A stretch of 63,772 nucleotides of DNA, the filler included, from Chiloscyllium plagiosum (Eukaryota): NCBI RefSeq assembly GCF_004010195.1. It is 4 parts of one record of this genome, joined end to end, with 100 filler letters (N's around TTAATTAATTAA, not from the genome) between each part and the next. Parts side by side here need not be neighbours in the genome. Positions count along the whole stretch, not along the records: positions 1 to 23,827 come from NC_057710.1; 3 more parts are not named here. One strand, written 5' to 3'. The translations under genes and the position numbers were made by a program. A model generated the notes under the pieces. That model was not told where the DNA came from, ran no database searches, and worked only from the letters and a program-made list of their open reading frames with translations. Positions 1-10,789 of this stretch are shown here, piece by piece (the first letter of the stretch is position 1; each line of letters starts with the position of its first letter).

Positions 1-2151
1 GGATCCGACTTTTGTACGCTGCCGCAGAGTGTCTGGTTAAAGTTAACGGGTCCCTGACGGCGCCCCTTCGCTTCGGGAGAGGAGTGCGTCAGGGCTGCCC
101 CCTGTCCGGCCAGCTGTATTCCCTGTGCGTCTTGCGGAGGAGGTTGTCGGGGCTGGTTCTGCGCGGCGCGGGCACGGGGGTGGTCCTCTCGGCCTACGCC
201 GACGATGTGCTCCTCACTTTCACCGACCCGGCTGACCTGGGGAGGATGCGCGAGTGCCAGGCCGTGTACTCGGCGGCGTCTTCCGCCAGGATGAACTGGG
301 CCAAATGTTCCGGACTACTGGTCGGCCCGTGGCGGGTGGACTCTCTGCCGGAGGAGTTACGGGGGTTCAGCTGGAGTACCTCCCACTCCTCTACCTGGGG
401 GTCTACCTCAGCCCGGCTGAGGAATCCTGGCCGGCCAACTGGCAGGAGCTGGAGGCCAAAGTCTCGGCTCGCCTAGGCCGCTGGACAGGACTGCCCCGAG
501 TGCTATCTTACAGGAGTCGAGTGCTGGTCATAAACCAGCTGGTGGCCGCCATGCTGTGGTACCGGCTGGTCACTTTGGTCCCTCCTCCTGGCTTTGTCGC
601 TGACATCCAGAGAACTTTGGTCCACTTCTTCTGGGACAAAAAGATGCACTGGGTCGCCACGCAGGTTCTGAGTCTCCCTTTTGAGGAGGGCGGGCAGTCG
701 CTGGTGTGCGTCCGCACCCAGGTCGCGACGTTCCGCCTTCAGACCTTGCGGCGATACCTTTTCGTCGAGCCTCCTCCTAGGTGTTGCGCCCTGGCGACGT
801 ATTTTTTCTGCCAGGTGCGTAACCTCAATTACGACACGCAGCTCCTGTTCATCGACCGTGACGGTTTGGAGGTCGCTGCCTGTCTTTTACCAGGACCTGA
901 TCACTGTCTGGAACATGGTCGAATCGCGTCGCGTCTACCCTCCGGCTGGAGTAGCGGCTGTCGTCAGGGAGCCGTTGCTCAGGAATCCGCACCTCCGTAC
1001 TCGCGGGTTCGAGTGGCTGTCGGAGGGGAGGACCGTGGCGGCGAGGGTGACCAGGGTCGGGGACATGCTGGGTGCCAGGGGCCTGGGCTGGACGCTGCCG
1101 CAGGACATAGCGAGCAGGGCAGCGGTAGACGTCCGGTATGTGGCCACCGCCATCCGACGCCTTAAAACGGTGCTCAGCCCCGACGTAGTGCACCAGTTGG
1201 AGGACGCTCAGGTGTGCGGTGGGATCCTGTCCGCGCTCACCCTAGCCCGGACAGAATTTCACATTGGCCCCAAGGTCCCGTACTTCCTGCGGGAGCCTGT
1301 GACCCACAATCTGAGCCGCCTCCGAAATTTTAATTTTGTTCCCTTCCAGGGGGTAAAAAGGCGGGCCCTGTATAGACTGCTGCTGCACACCGTCCACCTC
1401 TTCTCCCTCATCCACCGTCCGGACACGCCTTGGCGTGCCCATTTGCCACCGGGCGGTGGGGATCCCCAGTGGAGGGCTCTCTACGCAGGAGACCTCCCCC
1501 TTTCTCTCGGGGATCTGGGGTGGAGGGTGTTGCACGCAGCAGTCCCCTGCAACCGCAGATTGCGGTGGTTCACGGACTCCCAGCCCAACTGCTTGTTCAG
1601 TGGCGCTGTGGAGTCCGTGGACCATGTATATATTGGGTGTGGGTGTTTGCACTCCCTTTTTGATTTTCTGAAAAACCTCCTCTGCTTTTGGTTGCACTTC
1701 AGTCCCATGCTCCTGATCTTTGGGCACCCGGTACGTAGGAAGGAGGGCAGGTCTGAAGACGTCCTCGTGGGTCTGCTCCTGGGCCTGGCCAAACTGGACA
1801 TTAACAGGTCCAGGCAGCGGGCCGTGGAGGGGGTCGTTAGGGCCGACTGCCTGCCCCTCTTCCGCGGTTACGTTAGAGCCCGGGTGTCCTTGGAGAAGGA
1901 GCACGCGGTGTCCACCTGGAGTTGTTCAGGGAGAGGTGGGCGCCGCAGGGAGTGGAGTACATTATTTCTCCCTCCAACTCTATTTTGATTTAGTCCCTAC
2001 CCTCCCCTTCACTGTTTTGATCGCATAGCATTGTCCTTTTATGTGAAGGGCAGTGTTTGTCACTGGCCACCCGGGTGTTTTCCTATCTTCCTGGTCGTGG
2101 AAATTGAATAAAGATTGGTGCACTTTGTGTCTTTCACTGTGTCTCAAAAAA
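1..2151 (+). mobile_element. Tx1-like (L1 clade) non-LTR retrotransposon, 3' part of ORF2 with frameshifts, plus 3' UTR
   Basis: RT motifs RGVRQGCPLS and AYADD, YLGV thumb region, and a C-terminal zf-RVT-like C..(S)..ES.DH...C are spread over overlapping ORFs 12..476, 254..1165 and 681..1988. AATAAA at 2107-2112 and a short A tail at 2146-2151. Strongly GC/CpG-rich compared with the flanks. Confidence 0.88.
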
Positions 2152-2651
2152 GTTGAAAGCATCCGCTCTGGATGCAGCACAGTGTGCTATGGCAACTACT
2201 CTGCCCAAGACCACAAGAAACTATAGCAAGTCATGAACACAGCCCAGTCCACCATGCAAACCAACCTTCCATCCATTGACTCCATCTATAGATCTTGTTG
2301 GCGCAGGAAGGCTGACAATATAGTCAAAAATCCCTTGCACCCCGGTTTACTCTCTTCCACCCTCTTCCATTGGAACGAAGATATGAAAGTATGACTACAC
2401 GTACAAATAGATTCAATAACAGCTTCTTCCCTAGTATTATTAGACTTCTAAATTACTTCTCAAATGCTAATTCTGATCTGTCTCTCTGTCTCTCTGTCTC
2501 TCTGTCCCCACCTTCTCTGCACTGTGCCATTGTAGTCTGAACTCTGTTCTGTTATCCTGATGCATTTTGTATAGTACAATCTGCCAGTATAATATGCAAA
2601 ACAACTTTTCATTGTATCTCACTACATGGGATAACAATATTTCAATCAATC
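2152..2651 (+). mobile_element. Rex1/Babar-type LINE 3' fragment
   Basis: Decayed translation ESI.SGC.TV.YGN.SAQD.KKL..V.NTAQS...NLPSIDSIY...HP...LF.PLP..RRY.S..TRTNRF.NSFFP..IRLLN, followed by a 3' UTR ending TTTTCATTGTATCTC...ACATGGGATAACAAT and a (TCAA)n tail. Confidence 0.8.
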
Positions 2652-3774
2652 CTCAAATTCATCTTTCTATGCTTGTTGTTTGGTTTCTGGAGTAGGTAAA
2701 CAATCTCTGTTTAGTCTTAATCTAATATATTTTGTGTGTTTGGTTTTCCTAACATATTCCTCCTACTTGTAGTCATTAACCACACAATGTCTGGTGCGCT
2801 TGCATTTTACCTCCTCACATTCAACTGGGGCTCTTATGCAACCAGCCTCACATTATGTATCTTTGTCTGTTTTGAAGGTCACTTGAGAAAACAAAACAGC
2901 AGCAGTTCTTCAGAAAGAACAGTTCAGCAAGCCAGAACATATTCAGAGCATTTTAACATGCTTCAAGAACTGTCAGCATGTTTCTCATTACCTCTTTGCA
3001 ATAAATTTATGCATATCATCACAGTCACCTTCAAGTGGTCTACGTCATTTGTTCAAGAAGCACCTCGCAGTTAATCATATTTTGGTATATTGTCTTGAGA
3101 TGATGTCATTAGTTCGTGTTGCTTTAATCTGTTTTCGCCAGGAGAGAAGGTGTTGCGACCATGGTTCCTGTTATGTATCTCTGGATGTCTACATGGGTGT
3201 CTACACATACACTCTTTGAAGCTGGTCTCTGATTTACAAGATTGCTACCACTCTTGGCCTCTACCATCCCTCATTCTCTCTATCTCTCTCTCCTTCATTC
3301 GGTTGACATTGTTTTTTCTGGTCTGTCTTCTATGCAACTCTGCTGTGTTGCTGTTAGAGCAACATAATTTTCAATATCATCATTGATATCATCATTGATA
3401 TACTCTATTATATGCCTGAACCCCACCTCATGTTTCTGTTTCATAATTTCAGATATTTGTTTTTAATTACTTACGTTATCATTTCTGTCATTCATATGAA
3501 CATGACTATTCTCCCTTCCCCGTCACTCAAAGTCCAAATCTCACAGATTGAGAATATTTAGGATTCTGACTCTTTGCCCACTCTGGTTCACTTGATTTCT
3601 GTTTTATATGGTAATGGCTCTGAAAGAGTTAATATTTGAGCTGTGTGGAGCTCCCTCTGGGTGGAGAAACAGTTGGAATCTGGCTCTGTCTCCTGATGGA
3701 GACCCACCATGTTTACTTTACCTCCTGTTAGGAATAGTCAATGTGCCAAAGACTTAACATTACCTGCACGTAGT

Positions 3775-5476
3775 TACTGTGATGTAATAAACAACATTGT
3801 TGGCCTGAAAATGTTCCACAATATGGACCATAAATCATTGGTCTCCCTGTCAGATTAGAAAGCATTAGCAAGTATACTGCCACAAATACATGGGCTTTGT
3901 CTTTGCCTTATGACGTTTCCTCGTGAGACAAAATGTGTGCCGTCAAAGTTGTAAGTGGCAGTGGATGGCATCTTCAGTGTTGAAAGCTTTGCAATGTGTC
4001 ATAAGGAATCTGCTGCTGAACTGGAATTGTATATCAAGGCCCCAGTGATGCATTGGCCAGCACTCCAAAAGAGGATAAATCAAATCTGACATGACCAGAA
4101 AGAAAGTCTCAGAATATGTTTGCCAGTGGTCAGTATTGTGTTGGAGACTGGCTGAACCATTGATCGTGAAGAAATATTTTGTGCATTGATTGCATTTTAC
4201 CATTGTTGGTGACTTAATAGAGTTTGATGACAGGCTGGAAGAAAGTGAGGACTGCAGATGCTGGAGATCAGAGTCGAAGAGTGTAGTACTGGAAAAGCAT
4301 AGCTGGTCAGACAGCATTGAGGATCAGGAGAGTTGATATTTCAGACATAAGCCCTTCATCAGGAATGAGGCTTGTGGGCCAAAGAGGCTGAGAGATAAAT
4401 GGGAGGGAGGGGAGGGGGGGGGAACGGAGCGGATGGAGGTGGGGGTGGGGAGAGGTAACTGGGAATGCAATAGGTAGATGAAAGTGGAGGTGAAAGTGAC
4501 AGATTGGAGAGGAGGTGGAGCAGAGAGGTGGGAAGGAAGATGGAAAGGTAGGACCGTTCAAGAGAGAGGTGCCGAGTTAGCTATTTCAGCTTCACTCAGA
4601 GATAACCAGTTACACCAGGATGCTTGTTTATTACCAAATGCAGAGTCAGGATTCAGATATCATGATGGTAGCATGGAAACTCAAAAGAGACTGAAACCCT
4701 CATCGCTAATTGAATAGCGCAAGTTTCATATCAGCTTAAGCAGAGAGAGCCACTGATCCCCACAGCTTTTCCCACCATAGGAATACATGAGAGCCAATCG
4801 AGACATTCAACCTTACCTTACTGCTGTCAATCAGTTTTCATGGTAGATTGAAGTTAAAAATATATATATATAGCACATCAGGGACTCAGGTGTTAGAGTC
4901 TTACATGAAATGTTCACTAGATATGGGATCCCTGATGGAGTCTAGATGTAGATGTACCTCATAATAATGCATGGTTTGCTATTGAGTATTTCAAACAGCT
5001 CGAAGCCACTTCATGTGTAATCAGCTCACTGTGATATTCACAATGAAATGGGCAATCTGAACATGAGTTATACATGGTCAAATCCCTATTGAATTCAAAA
5101 TGGCTTTTATACAACCTTATTAAATTACTGTCTACACCATTCCAATATGACTTATCACCATCAAAATTACTGATGGAGTGAAAACTGAAGATCAGCTCTC
5201 CCTCCTACCAAAAAAAACTGATTCCATTGTTGATACCAAAGGATGATAAAAGTGTCTTTCACAAAGAACAATCTTATTAAAGTAGCAGGCTACGCAGTAC
5301 AATAGATACCGCTGCACACAGTGGTTGCCACACTTGCACTGAGCACAAAGAGTATGTATTAGCGACCTCAATCGGAATGATATGGTTGATTAAAGGTTGG
5401 TAAACTAGCAATGATCATACTTTGGTCCATATAGTGGAGAGAATTATAAGGAGGAACCACAGGGGCTTGTTTCACT
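3775..5476 (+). mobile_element. Highly decayed Ty3/Gypsy pol remnant (RNase H end, connector, integrase), interrupted by a Penelope-like insertion
   Basis: Fragments are readable across stops and frameshifts: GL.....DHKSLVSL, LHQ.....TKCR, REPLIPT.FP, .FS..IEVK, EMF.RYGIPD, SS..Y.Q.NGQSE, LLNY..TP....SPSKLLM, IIRRN. Their order matches Gypsy (K02A2.6/Mag-like) RNaseH-integrase. Confidence 0.7.
4238..4579 (-). mobile_element. Penelope-like element terminal repeat (PLTR) fragment with hammerhead-like core
   Basis: The minus strand ends ...CCAGCATCTGCAGTCCTCACTTTC, as in other copies in the window. It contains attcCTGATGAagggcttatgtctGAAAtatc at 4332-4366 and a pyrimidine-rich upstream tract. 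Confidence 0.7.
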
Positions 5477-5539
5477 GTGCATTTTCTCCATAAATGCTTC
5501 AATGGGACGACGAATATCATAACAGAAATGGTTCACAGA

Positions 5540-5785
5540 GCACTCAAGATAGTGCCCTCAGCCCAACCATCTTCAGCTGCTTCAATAATGCTTCATCCTT
5601 CCATCTTAAGATCAGAAGTGGGGATGTTCGTCGATGATTGCATAATGTTCATCGCTATCTGCAATTCCTCAGATATTGCAGTAGTCCATGTTCAAATACA
5701 GCAAGACCTGGACAATATCTAGCAAAATTTGTACCACACCAGTCCCAGGCTAAGACATTTTCCAAAAAAACAGAATCTCATCATT
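5540..5785 (+). mobile_element. LINE RT fragment (CR1/L2 superfamily, distinct from HER1)
   Basis: (P)QDSALSPTIFSCFN...SEVGMFVDDCIMF...QIQQDLDNI, a decayed PQGS.LGP/FADD RT core. Confidence 0.65.
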
Positions 5786-6054
5786 ATCACGGATACGTTT
5801 ACCAGTTGGGATTTGAAACAATGCTACTCCAAACATTAGTTTTGTTTTCCAACTTACTAGCCCAGTGACATTACCTTGACCCCACCAACTTGGCTGCATA
5901 TTTACATATGCCACCATTGAGTTTAGGACAATACTTTAAGTATTTCTACATTCAGGCTGTCTGGAAAAGGCATTAGGAGTTGAATTCAAATGCATGTAGC
6001 ACTCAAAATAAAACAAATGAACTGATAACACAAACAGAAATGGAAAGCAAAAAG

Positions 6055-6415
6055 ACATGCAGAGGGTGGTACGCATATGGAATGAGCTGCCAGAGAAGGT
6101 GGTAGAAACAATGACTGCAGATGCTGGAAACCCTTCATCAGTAAAGGGCTTTTGCCCGAAGCGTCGATTTCGAAGCTCCTTGGATGCTGCCTGAACTGCT
6201 GTGCTCTTCCAGCACCACTAATCCAGAAAGAAGGTGGTAGAGGCTAGTACAATTGCAAGATTTAAAAGGCATCTATGTGGGTATATGAATAATAAGGATT
6301 TGGAGGGAAATGGGCTGGGTGCTGGCAGGTGGGACTAGATTGGGTTGGGATATCTGGTCAGCATGGACAAGTTGGACCGAAGGGTCTGTTTTCATGCTGT
6401 ACATCTCTATGACTC
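6055..6415 (+). mobile_element. CR1 (HER1-like) 3' end carrying a nested Penelope-like insertion at 6107-6228
   Basis: CR1 3' sequence with a CATCTCTATGACTC tail. The insertion is flanked by the perfect 13-bp duplication AGAAGGTGGTAGA (6094-6106 and 6229-6241). Confidence 0.85.
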
Positions 6416-6439
6416 CTTGTGCAGAGACAATATGCCATT

Positions 6440-7975
6440 ACAAGCAGAGACTTCAGCATTCACTACAACAAAAAGAGAAATGGCAGTGAAGCTAAATAAG
6501 TACATTGTGATTGTCTTCCCTAAGGAGTGCTCCCTGAACTCAGTAAGATACAAGGGTCTAGTGAGAGTTTGGAACTGAAAGGAATTCATATTAGCAAAAA
6601 AAAAGTCATGGAGAATTAATGGGATTGAAATTTTAAAATCCATGGGACATAATGATTTTCACTTTAAAATATTAAAAGTGATCTCTATAGAGGTAATCAT
6701 ATATAGTTTCAAAACTATATTATTCGGTAAATTGGAAGCTTGAAAATGTAGCTTCACTGTTTAAGAAAGGCAACAAAGGAAAAATCACAAACTACAGATC
6801 TGTTAGTCTGACATATGCAAACGAGAAAGTCCACAATCTATTATAAAGAATGTGATTGCTGGATATTTAGAAAAACAACTGTTTGATTGGGCCAAATCAA
6901 CATGGATTTATGAAAAGAAATCATTTTTAGCAAACCTGATAAAGTTTTAAGGGAATGTTACCAACAGAAACAATAAGGGCAGCTAGTGAACGTGGTTATT
7001 TGAATTTTCAGAAGGCTTTTGATAAAATCTCACACGGCATGTTAGGAAAAACAATTAAAATGCATGGGATTGGAATAATATGCCAGCATGAGTTGAGAAT
7101 TAGTTAATAGCCAAAAAGCAGCGGGAGGAAATATTGGGTTCATTCTCAGTTGAGCGGGCTGTGATCACAAAGATCAGTGATTTGGGCACTAGTTCTATCA
7201 ATGATTTGGATGAGGGCACCAACTGTAATATTTCCAAATTTTCAGATGGTACAAAATATGGTGGGAATTTGAGTTGTGAGGAAGAGGCAAAGAAGCCTCT
7301 TGGTAGAGGAATTGAGTTCCGGAGTCCTGAGGTCATGATGCAGTTGTATAAGACTCTGGTACGGCCGCATCTGGAATATTGTGTGCAGTTTTGGTCGCCA
7401 TACTATAGGAAGGATGTGGAGGCATTGGAACGGGTGCAGAGGAGGTTTACCAGGATGTTGCCTGGTATGGAAGGAAAATCGTATGAGGAAAGACTGAGGC
7501 ACTTGGGGCTGTTTTCACTAGAGAAAAGAAGGTTTAGGGGTGACTTGATTGAGGTGTACAAGATGATTAGGGGGTTAGATAGGGTCGACAGTATGAACCT
7601 TTTCCCGCGTATTGAGTCGGGTATTACAAGGGGGCATAGCTTTAAATTAAGGGGGGGTAGATATAGGACTGATGTTAGGGGTAGGTTCTTCACTCAGCGA
7701 GTCGTTAGTTCATGGAATGCCCTGCCAGTAACAGTGGTGGACTCTCCCTCTTTATGGGCATTTAAGAGGGCATTGGATAGGTATATGGAGGATAGTGGGT
7801 TAGTGTAGTTTAGGTGGGCTTGGATCGGCGCAACATCGAGGGCCCAAGGGCCTGTACTGCGCTGTATTCTTCTATGTTCTATGTTCTATGTAAGCTCCAG
7901 GGGGATTAACACTCACTGAATGCAGGGACAAGAGCATGGAAGATGGAAAGAAATGTGGACAAATGTGAGGTTATC
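6440..7975 (+). mobile_element. Old CR1 RT fragment with a younger 5'-truncated CR1 inserted at about 7300-7891
   Basis: Decayed NYRSVSLT, QHGF, FQKAFDK and FSDGTK motifs. The young copy has an intact LYKTLVRPHLEYCVQFWSP...WNALP C-terminus and a (TTCTATG)3 tail, after which the old copy resumes. Confidence 0.85.
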
Positions 7976-8255
7976 CAAAAACACTCGAGAAGTTTGAAAC
8001 TACCCAGAACAAAGCAGCTCACTCGATTGGTACCACATCAACAAACATTCACTCCCTCCACCATAGATACCAAGTAACACTACTGTGATCTATCCATTAA
8101 AATTCACCCAAGGCTCCTAAGGCAGCACCTTCCAAGCCCATGAACTGGTCCATTTACAAGGATAAGGGCAGCATGCATATGGGAACATTGCCATCTGCAA
8201 ATTCCTCTTCAAGCCACTCAATATCTTGATGGGAAATATATCACCATTCCTTCAG

Positions 8256-9084
8256 AAACTTCCAGGAAAATAGTGGCAGAACCGAACACTCCAGCTGGAG
8301 CTCCTCTGCTCCCCCGTTCTTTTTCTTCTTTTACATTGTTTCTCACTCTCTCTCCTCCCTTCTCTCCCTTATGTCAGAGTGGGACACTTGGCCCCAGCCA
8401 CCGAAGCATGATCGGCAATCAGCTGAGATGCCAACGGCTGGAGGAGGGACACCGGCGACCGGCAGGCCGAAGTGGGGATACCAGCAGCCGGGGAGCGGGG
8501 ACACCAGCAACCTGCAGACTGAAGTGGGGACACCAGCAGCCAGAGAGGCAACGTCGATGATCAGCAGCCCGAAGCAGGAACACCAACGGGGAGAACACCA
8601 GCAGCTGGAGTAGGGACACCGGCAGCCCGAAATGGGAACACCAGTGGCTGGAATGGGAGCACTGGTGACCAGCAGCCCAAAGCAGGAACACCAGCAGTCT
8701 GAAATGTGATGGCAGCGGCCTAGTGCAGAGCATGGTGGTAGCCAGCAGTCAGACCACGTGTAGGCCCCTTGCGCTGATTTACTGAGGAAGTCCTTTGGGA
8801 GAGACTGTAATGGTTGGCTAATTACTTTGTGTTGTCCTGACCTATGGTCATATTGTGTATAGCTGTAAAGTAACTTTTTTTTCTGGTAACTGAGTTCTGA
8901 GGACGGGTCACTTGTCCCAAAACATTAACTCTCATTTCTCTCCACAGATGCTACCAGATCTGTTGAGCTTTTCCAGCAATTTCTAGCTTTGTCCCTAAGA
9001 TGGCCCTGTAAGTGGCAACTTATAAACTTTTCACTGTGCTCATTTGAGTACGTGTGACAATAAAGCTAATTCAATTCAATTCAG
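8256..9084 (+). mobile_element. Composite non-autonomous retroposon: GC-rich head, internal minisatellite, Rex1-like 3' tail
   Basis: Irregular units of about 18-20 bp (GGGGACACCAGCAGCCG...) at about 8440-8705. The 3' end TTTTCACTGTGCTCATTTGAGTACGTGTGACAATAAAGCT(AATTC)3 resembles the Rex1 tail at 2606-2650. Possible TTCAG duplication at 8251-8255 and 9080-9084. Confidence 0.6.
8892..8992 (+). mobile_element. Penelope-like PLTR fragment with decayed hammerhead core
   Basis: gagttCTGAGGAcgggtcacttgtccc(a)AAAcattaactc, with stem I GAGTT/AACTC, followed by the common tail CTCTCCACAGATGCT.CCAGA.CTG.TGAG.TTTTCCAGCA. Confidence 0.6.
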
Positions 9085-9242
9085 TGTCACTGTGTCAAAA
9101 TCACAAGACTCCTTCCCTAATGACATTGTGAGACTGCTGACACCAACGGCTGGAGGAGGGACACCGGCGACCGGCAGGCCGAAGTGGGGATACCAGCAGC
9201 CGGGGAGCGGGGACACCAGCAACCAGCAGACTGAAGTGGTGA

Positions 9243-9512
9243 TGGTCTGTGTGGAGTTTGCACATTCTCCCCATGTCTGCGTGAGTTTCCACTCCAGTTT
9301 TTTCCCACAGTCCAAGCATGTGCAGGGTAGGTGAATTGGCTATGCTAACTTGCCCATAGTGTCCAGGGATGTGCAGATTGGGTGGATTAGCCATGGGTAA
9401 AGCAGGGGTACAGGGATAGGTAGAAGGTAGATCTGGGCAGACTGCTCTTCAGAGGGTCAGTATAAAGTCAATGGGTTGAATGGCCTGCTTCCACACTGTA
9501 GGGATTCTATGA
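9243..9512 (+). mobile_element. HE1-type V-SINE, 5'-truncated
   Basis: V-domain TGTGTGGAGTTTGCACATTCTCCCC.TGTCTGCGTG and CR1-derived tail CCACACTGTAGGGATTCTAT. Confidence 0.85.
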
Positions 9513-10789
9513 GTTCTACCAGCACTGATTGTCCCACTTCATCATCCTTTCCTCCCATTACTTCCCACCCTAAGTCATCCTGAACCACCAACACTCACTA
9601 GAGAACAGTTCTCTGCAAGATAAGTGAATAAGGTTCACCCTGACTAAATGGCTGACATGCCAGTGCAGCCAGCAACAGGCCAGCAACCAATGCAAGGCAT
9701 TGAAATGGGGCCTGTAGAACCATTCCAGACCTGCCTTAAATCTCCAGGTCCAAAAGTAGATGTCAGTTCATTCTGGTCTGTTCAAGGTTTTATTTCTCCC
9801 TATCACATTTACGCAATAGAAAGAACTGATTCTGAAGGTCAGGCATTTAAGCTCTAAGCAGATTAGAGTCCATAAATTATTCTAAATGAGAACAAGATAG
9901 TTGCTTGATAAAAAGGAATGTGGGGATAAAAGGGTATAGTGAGCAGACAGGAAACTGGAATTAGATTAGATGGTTTAAGTGGAGAAAAACAGCAGTTCCG
10001 ACTTAATTGGCCAGATGGTTTATCTCTGTCATGTCACACACTATAATTCTATGGGGCAGAAATCGGATATTATTTGGACCATTCTTGAAGCTCCCAGTTG
10101 TGGGATAGGCAGCAAGATATGTCCCCAGATGAACTTCTATCCTTGAATTACTAAATTAATGTGATGACCTAAACGTAGCGCTCCTGGATTTTTAGGAATC
10201 AGGTTTTTACACCACTGCCATCAGAAAACCCAGGCAGACTGCAGCAGTTAGACAGTCAAACGTGTGGGAGAACAGAGTGTGTTGATGCCAACGAGGTGCA
10301 GGTACAAAGCTAAAACTGTGGCATATCTCGGAAGTCTCTTTTTGTTTCTCAAACCGCAATTCCGTTTAATGGTCAGGCTCTGACTTAGCAATTTAAAACG
10401 GCAAGTTAATGAAGTATAAGGAGGCTTGAAAGGATAAAAATGCAAGTGACATCATTTCCTGTGAAGATGACAAAGATCTCACAATGATAATTTCTTTCCT
10501 CACCTTTTTTTGGAGATAGCTGTCTTGAAAACCTTGTGTGAATGGTTAACAATGGTCATGAAATAGTTAAGATAAAATACAGAAGCCTCAACATTTTTAC
10601 TTGTTAGAGTAGGTTAATTCTTAAGAGGATCAACATTAAGTCCAAACCTTGCAACATTTATTTAAAAAGCATCATTAACAGAAACATCCAGGTAGTTAAC
10701 TGGCAATCAAGTGAAAATGTTTGGTGTTAATTAATGTTGCAGCAAGCTGATTTAGCGCAAATATAAATAAATTACTTGATAGCTATTGT

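Larger units (their letters stand above)
7976..9142 (+). mobile_element. LINE 3' region (same family as 57030-57695), split at 8255/9084 by a composite insertion
   Basis: ...GGAAATATATCACCATTCCTTCAG | TGTCACTGTGTCAAAATC... rejoins into the sequence seen uninterrupted at about 57525-57580. Confidence 0.7.

Noticed and set aside
7134..7808. 224-aa ORF as a host gene
   Set aside because: Chance in-frame fusion of an old CR1 fragment with a younger nested CR1 3' end.
8431..8705. Repeat-spacer-like array (CRISPR-like)
   Set aside because: Eukaryotic context, irregular contiguous minisatellite units, no unique spacers and no cas genes.
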